From Hemiscyllium ocellatum (Eukaryota), in assembly GCF_020745735.1 (NCBI RefSeq), contig NC_083435.1:28519231-28583230 (forward strand): 64,000 bases of DNA, read 5' to 3'. How positions within the stretch are numbered: position 1 is the stretch's first letter; each line of letters starts with the position of its first letter. A program made the translations under genes and the position numbers. This document shows, one piece after another, positions 59,947 to 64,000 of this stretch. Under the pieces are notes generated by a model that was not told the DNA's origin, made no database searches, and saw nothing but the letters and a program-made list of their open reading frames with translations.

Positions 59947-62855
59947 CGGGGCAGTTGTTGGGGCGGCGATCGCAGGGGCTCCGAGGTCGGTGGGGGCGGA
60001 AGTGACGTCACGGTCGGCGGCGGCCTGGTTACAAGGGGATTAGGATTGGGAGCTGAATATTCAAGGATTGAAAAGGTAGGTAGTTGGGCAGAGGTGGTGG
60101 GTTGCCTTATTAGTAAAAACTAAATTAAATCAATAGTAAGAAATGAAGTAGGGGCAGATGGCATAGAATCTGTGTGTGTAGAATTGAAGAATTGCAAAGG
60201 TAAAAAAATCAAACCATAGTTGGAGTTACATACAGGCTGCAAAAGTAGTCAGGAGCTAGGGCACAAGATGCACCAGGAGATTGAAAAGATGTGTAGGAAG
60301 GGAAAGTTACATCGATCATGGGGGATTTCAATATGCAGATGGACTGGGAAAATCAGGCTGGAGGTAGATTGCAAGAAAGGGAATTTGCGGAATGTTGACT
60401 AGATGAATTTTTGGAGCAGTTTCTGGTGGAACCCACTAGGGAACAGGCAATATTGGATTTATTGTTGTGCAATTGATAGGGGAGCTTAAAGTGAAGTAAC
60501 CAAAAAGAGGCAGTGATCATAACATGATTGAATTTACTCTGTAATTTGAGAGGCAGAAGATACAATCAGAGGTAACGGTATTAGAGCTAAATAAAGGCAT
60601 CTACAGAGGCATGAGGCATGAGGAAGGAGCTGTGTAGAATTGACTGTAAGAGGAGTCTAGCAGGCAAAACAGAGGAACAGCGATGGCAGGATTTTCTGGG
60701 ACTGATTCAGGAGACACAGCAGATTTTGATCCCAGGAAAAAGAATCATGGTACAGGGAGGTTAAGGCAACCATGGCTGACTGGGGAAGTCAGAGGTAGTG
60801 TAAAAGCAGAAGAAAGAGCATATAATGTGGCGAAAGGAAGTGGGAAACTAGAGGATTAGGAACCTAACAAAGACCCACAGTGGGCAACAAAAAAAGCAAT
60901 AAGGAGGGAGAAGATTAAATATGAGGGTAAGCTAGCCAGTAATATAAAGAAAGACTGGTAGAGTTTCTTTAGACATATTAAGGGCAAAAGAGTATCAAAA
61001 ATGGACATTTGGCCTCTGGAAAATGACACTAGAGATAGTAGTGGTGAACAAGGAAATGGCTGAGGAACTGAATAATTACTTAATGTCAGTCTTCACGGTG
61101 GAAGACATGAGTAATGCCCCTATCATTCAAGTGCGTGAGGGGGCAGAGCTAAGTGTGGTGACCATCACCAAGGAGAAGGTGCTCGAGAAACTGAATGGCC
61201 TAAAGGTGAATAAATCACCTGGACCAGATGGATTACACCGCAGAGGTACAAAGGAGATAGCGAAGGGATAGTGGATTCATTAGTGGTGAACTTTCAGGAA
61301 TCGCTAGAATCAGGAAGGGTACCAGAGAACTGTTTAAAATGGAGCAAGGCAAAAGATGAAAAATTTCAGACCGATTAGCCTAACCTTGATTGGGGATAAG
61401 ATCCTGGAATCGATTGTGAAGGATGAGATTTCGGAATACTTGGAGGTTTACAGTAAAATAGATAATGTCAGAATGGTTTCATCAAGGGGATGTCATGTCT
61501 GACAAATCTGCTGGAACCCATTGACAAGGTCATGAGCAGATTAGACAAAGAGGTGCCAATGGATGTTATCTATCTGGACATCAAGAAGACCTTTGACAAG
61601 TTGCTGCACAGGAGGCTACTGAGTAAGATAAGGGCCCATGGTGTCAGAGGCAAGGTGCTAGCATGGATAGAAGCTTGGCTACTGGCAGAAAGCAGAGAGT
61701 GGGAATAAAAGGATCTTTTCAGGATAGCAGCCAGTGACAAGTAGTGTTCCACAAGTGTCATTGTTGGGACCACAACTTTTCCCTTTATACATTCACAATC
61801 CAGACAAAGGAACTGAGGGCATCCTGGCTAAATTTGCAGATGATACAAAGATAGGTAGAGGGATAGGTAGCATTGAGGAGGCAGGGAAGCTGCAGAAGGA
61901 TTTGGACAGGTTAAGAGAGTGGCAAAGAAGTAACAGATGGAGTACAATGTGGGAAAATGTGAGATCATGCACTTTGAGTAAGAAAAATAGAGGTATGGGC
62001 TATTTTCTAAATGGACGGAAAGTTCAGAAGAATGAAGTGCAAAGAGACTTGGGAGTTCTAGTCCTGGATTCTCTCAAGGTAAACTTGCAGATTGAGTCAG
62101 TTGTTCAGAAAGCCAATGCAATGATGGCATTTATTTTGAGGGGACTTGAATACAAAAGCAAGGGTGTACTTCTGAGGCTCTATGAGGCTCTGGTCAGATC
62201 ACACTTGGAGTATTGTGTGCAGTTTTGGGCCCCATATCTCAGAAAGGATGTACTGGCCCTGGAGCACGTTCAGAGGAGATTCACAAGAATGGTCTCAGGA
62301 ATGAACAGCTTAACATATGAGGAACATTTGAGGACTTTGCCTTTAAAATTGATAGAATTTAGAAGGAGGAGAGGGGATCTAATTCAAATATACAAAATAC
62401 TGAATGGCCTAGGCAGAGTAAATGTTGGGAAGGTATTTCCACTGGTCAGAGAGACTAGGACCTGAGGGCACAGCTTAGAGTAAAGGAAAGACCTTCTAGA
62501 ATGGAGATAAGGAGAAACATCTTCAGCCAGAGAGTGGTAAATTTATGGAATTCGTTGCCACAGAAGGCTGTGGAACCTAGGTCATTGAGTGTTTTTGAGA
62601 CTGAGTTAAGTAGGTTCTCGAGTATCAGGAGGATCAATAGTTATGGGGAGAAAGTGAGAAAATGGGGTTGAGAAACTTATCAGCCGTGATTGAATGGTGG
62701 AGCAGACTTGATGGGCTGAATGGCTTACTTTCTGCTCCTATGTCTTATGGTCACAAGGGACATCCCAGAAGGTTCAAACATAGTATCAATCTGACCTGAT
62801 TTAAGAAATAAAAAGAGTGCAATTAGTTTGCACATCTATTGGTCACTAGTGAGTG

Positions 62856-63551
62856 TGTTACGCCATGGGGTAAACCCCTCTGATAATTTAAATCTGACGC
62901 ACAGAGAAGTTCACCTCATGCCATAATGTGTTAAATTTTGAGAGGCAAAGAACAATCCCAGCTGACACTACTTAACGTAAAAGTAACAAGTTTATTCTTT
63001 ACGTCCAACAGAGAACATTAAAACAACAGCTATTTACAACTCCTTTCTCTTACCCCCCCCACTGGACAATATTGGTCAGATAAATTTCCTTTTAAATTTA
63101 TGGCAAAATTAATTTCAAACCCAGGTATATATTCAGATGTCGAACTTTCTCTGTAGATTTCTTTCAGTTGACCGTAGTGTTCTGCTGCAAAAAAATTCTT
63201 ATAGACAGGTACCTTTTGGAGAGTTATTCAGCTGGCATTCTGTTTGTTGGTGCTTGGTGCTATTCTCCCCTTAACTGTTCAAATTGTCCAGTTTTATACC
63301 ACAAAGCATTGAATCATTTCATTGGTTTGATGCCATCCCAAACAGTAAAATTCAAATTCGATTGGATTTTGGTATCTGTGGAATAATGTAAACTTTGAAT
63401 TTGTTTTTGTACCATGGCAACACAGTGCCAGCTATTTGTGTCAACCAAATGTTAAGCATTTAAATCTTTCAGCCCAATCTGTGCCTCTCTAAGTCCGTGC
63501 CAGCTTCCAGTGTCTCTTAAAGGTACAGTACTCACCTACACCTTCATGACA
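62856..63551 (-). mobile_element. Solo LTR (Gypsy-type), 696 bp
   Basis: TG...CA ends (tgttac...catgaca), 4-bp TSD agtg (62852-55, 63552-55), minus-strand TATAAAA near 63295 and AATAAA near 62990. Confidence 0.8.
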
Positions 63552-64000
63552 AGTGGGAAGGATGGAGTGTGACAAATCTGGAGGGAAATTACAGAGAGAG
63601 TTGATATTATACAATGATTATAATTGGGGCTGGGGGCAGAGTGGAGGTGGAAAAGCATATTAGAAAGTCAAAGGGAGATTATGCGGAAAGACTGGTGGTC
63701 AACATGAAATAGTGTCTCAGATTCTTGTGTGGGCATGTCAGTATTAACAGATTAGTAAAACTAGGACTTTTTAGGGACCAAAACATTTTACACATGAAGG
63801 CGGGAGACATGGCTGGCATGCTAAGTGAACATTTTGCACATGTCTTTATCAAATAGGTGCTTACGGCCTAGGCAGGAGGCTCTGGGTGATCAGGGTGAAG
63901 TGTTCATTAGAGTATCACTAGTTAAAGTTGGCACTATGACCGGATAAGATCTATCCATGGATAGTGAAGGACAGTGGAATTTTGCAGAGGCACTGGGCAT

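Larger units (their letters stand above)
57018..60023 (-). mobile_element. Young Penelope-like retroelement (Neptune-like, Cys-rich RT-EN linker), 5'-truncated
   Basis: Single open frame with RT and GIY-YIG, 3' terminal repeat with hammerhead, abundant undecayed CpG; inserted between GITE and TWL codons of a CR1 endonuclease. Confidence 0.95.
56676..62754 (+). mobile_element. Younger 5'-truncated CR1 LINE (ORF1 end, EN, RT), itself interrupted by the PLE
   Basis: LKLLCLNAC..IEIGRYDV | WLQGD*DWELNIQG; YLDIKKTFDKLLH; KFADDTKIG; 3' tail ctgctcctatgtcttatggtc; aaggg duplicated at 56671-75 and 62755-59; disabled by stops. Confidence 0.9.
56400..64000 (+). mobile_element. Older CR1 LINE split into 56400-56675, 62755-62855 and 63552-64000
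   Basis: Endonuclease text continues across the insertions: ..DTWLKG..GYKVFGKDRKGG..ALLV | DIPEGSN..DLRNKK | GKDGV*QIWREITER. Confidence 0.65.

Noticed and set aside
57348-60123. Several 60-221 aa ORFs overlapping the PLE in other frames and strands
   Set aside because: Shadow ORFs from GC-rich, strand-skewed coding sequence; no independent motifs
56076-64000. Searched for MHC alpha-2/alpha-3 exons
   Set aside because: No HTxQ..GC or Ig-C1 motifs seen; the interval is accounted for almost entirely by CR1, PLE and LTR sequence

Overview
Eukaryotic, repeat-rich (well over half transposon-derived) genomic DNA. It is almost certainly from an elasmobranch, probably an orectolobiform shark; this is inferred from HE1/V-SINEs, shark-type CR1 LINEs, a GPR139-like receptor and a shark-type MHC class I alpha-1 exon. 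Two host genes are supported, arranged head-to-head about 5.6 kb apart. (1) A two-exon GPR139/GPR142-like class A GPCR on the minus strand: exon 1 at 45888-45951, a 10-kb phase-1 intron, exon 2 at 34959-35869, 324 aa when spliced. (2) The 5' part of an MHC class I-like heavy-chain gene on the plus strand: leader exon 51507-51573 and alpha-1 exon 55815-56075, with a candidate kB/ISRE/S-X-Y promoter; the remaining exons lie beyond the window. The most striking system is a family of Penelope-like elements (PLEs). It includes one young copy with an uninterrupted RT + GIY-YIG frame (57018-60023) and a minimal type I hammerhead ribozyme in its 3' end. There are about ten further hammerhead-like motifs, and a series of TSD-flanked insertions from 29 bp to 1.4 kb. 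Three well-preserved insertions are fold-back palindromes with one complete and one shortened terminus, and in two of them the inversion point lies inside the ribozyme motif. Also present: a MULE DNA transposon with TIRs and a 9-bp TSD inside a SINE, a Tigger/pogo-like MITE at the same site in two CR1 copies, a Gypsy-type solo LTR, Tx1 and Harbinger remnants, DeuSINE-like copies and several minisatellites. No rRNA, genuine tRNA genes or CRISPR arrays were found. All of this was read by eye; no database searches were run.
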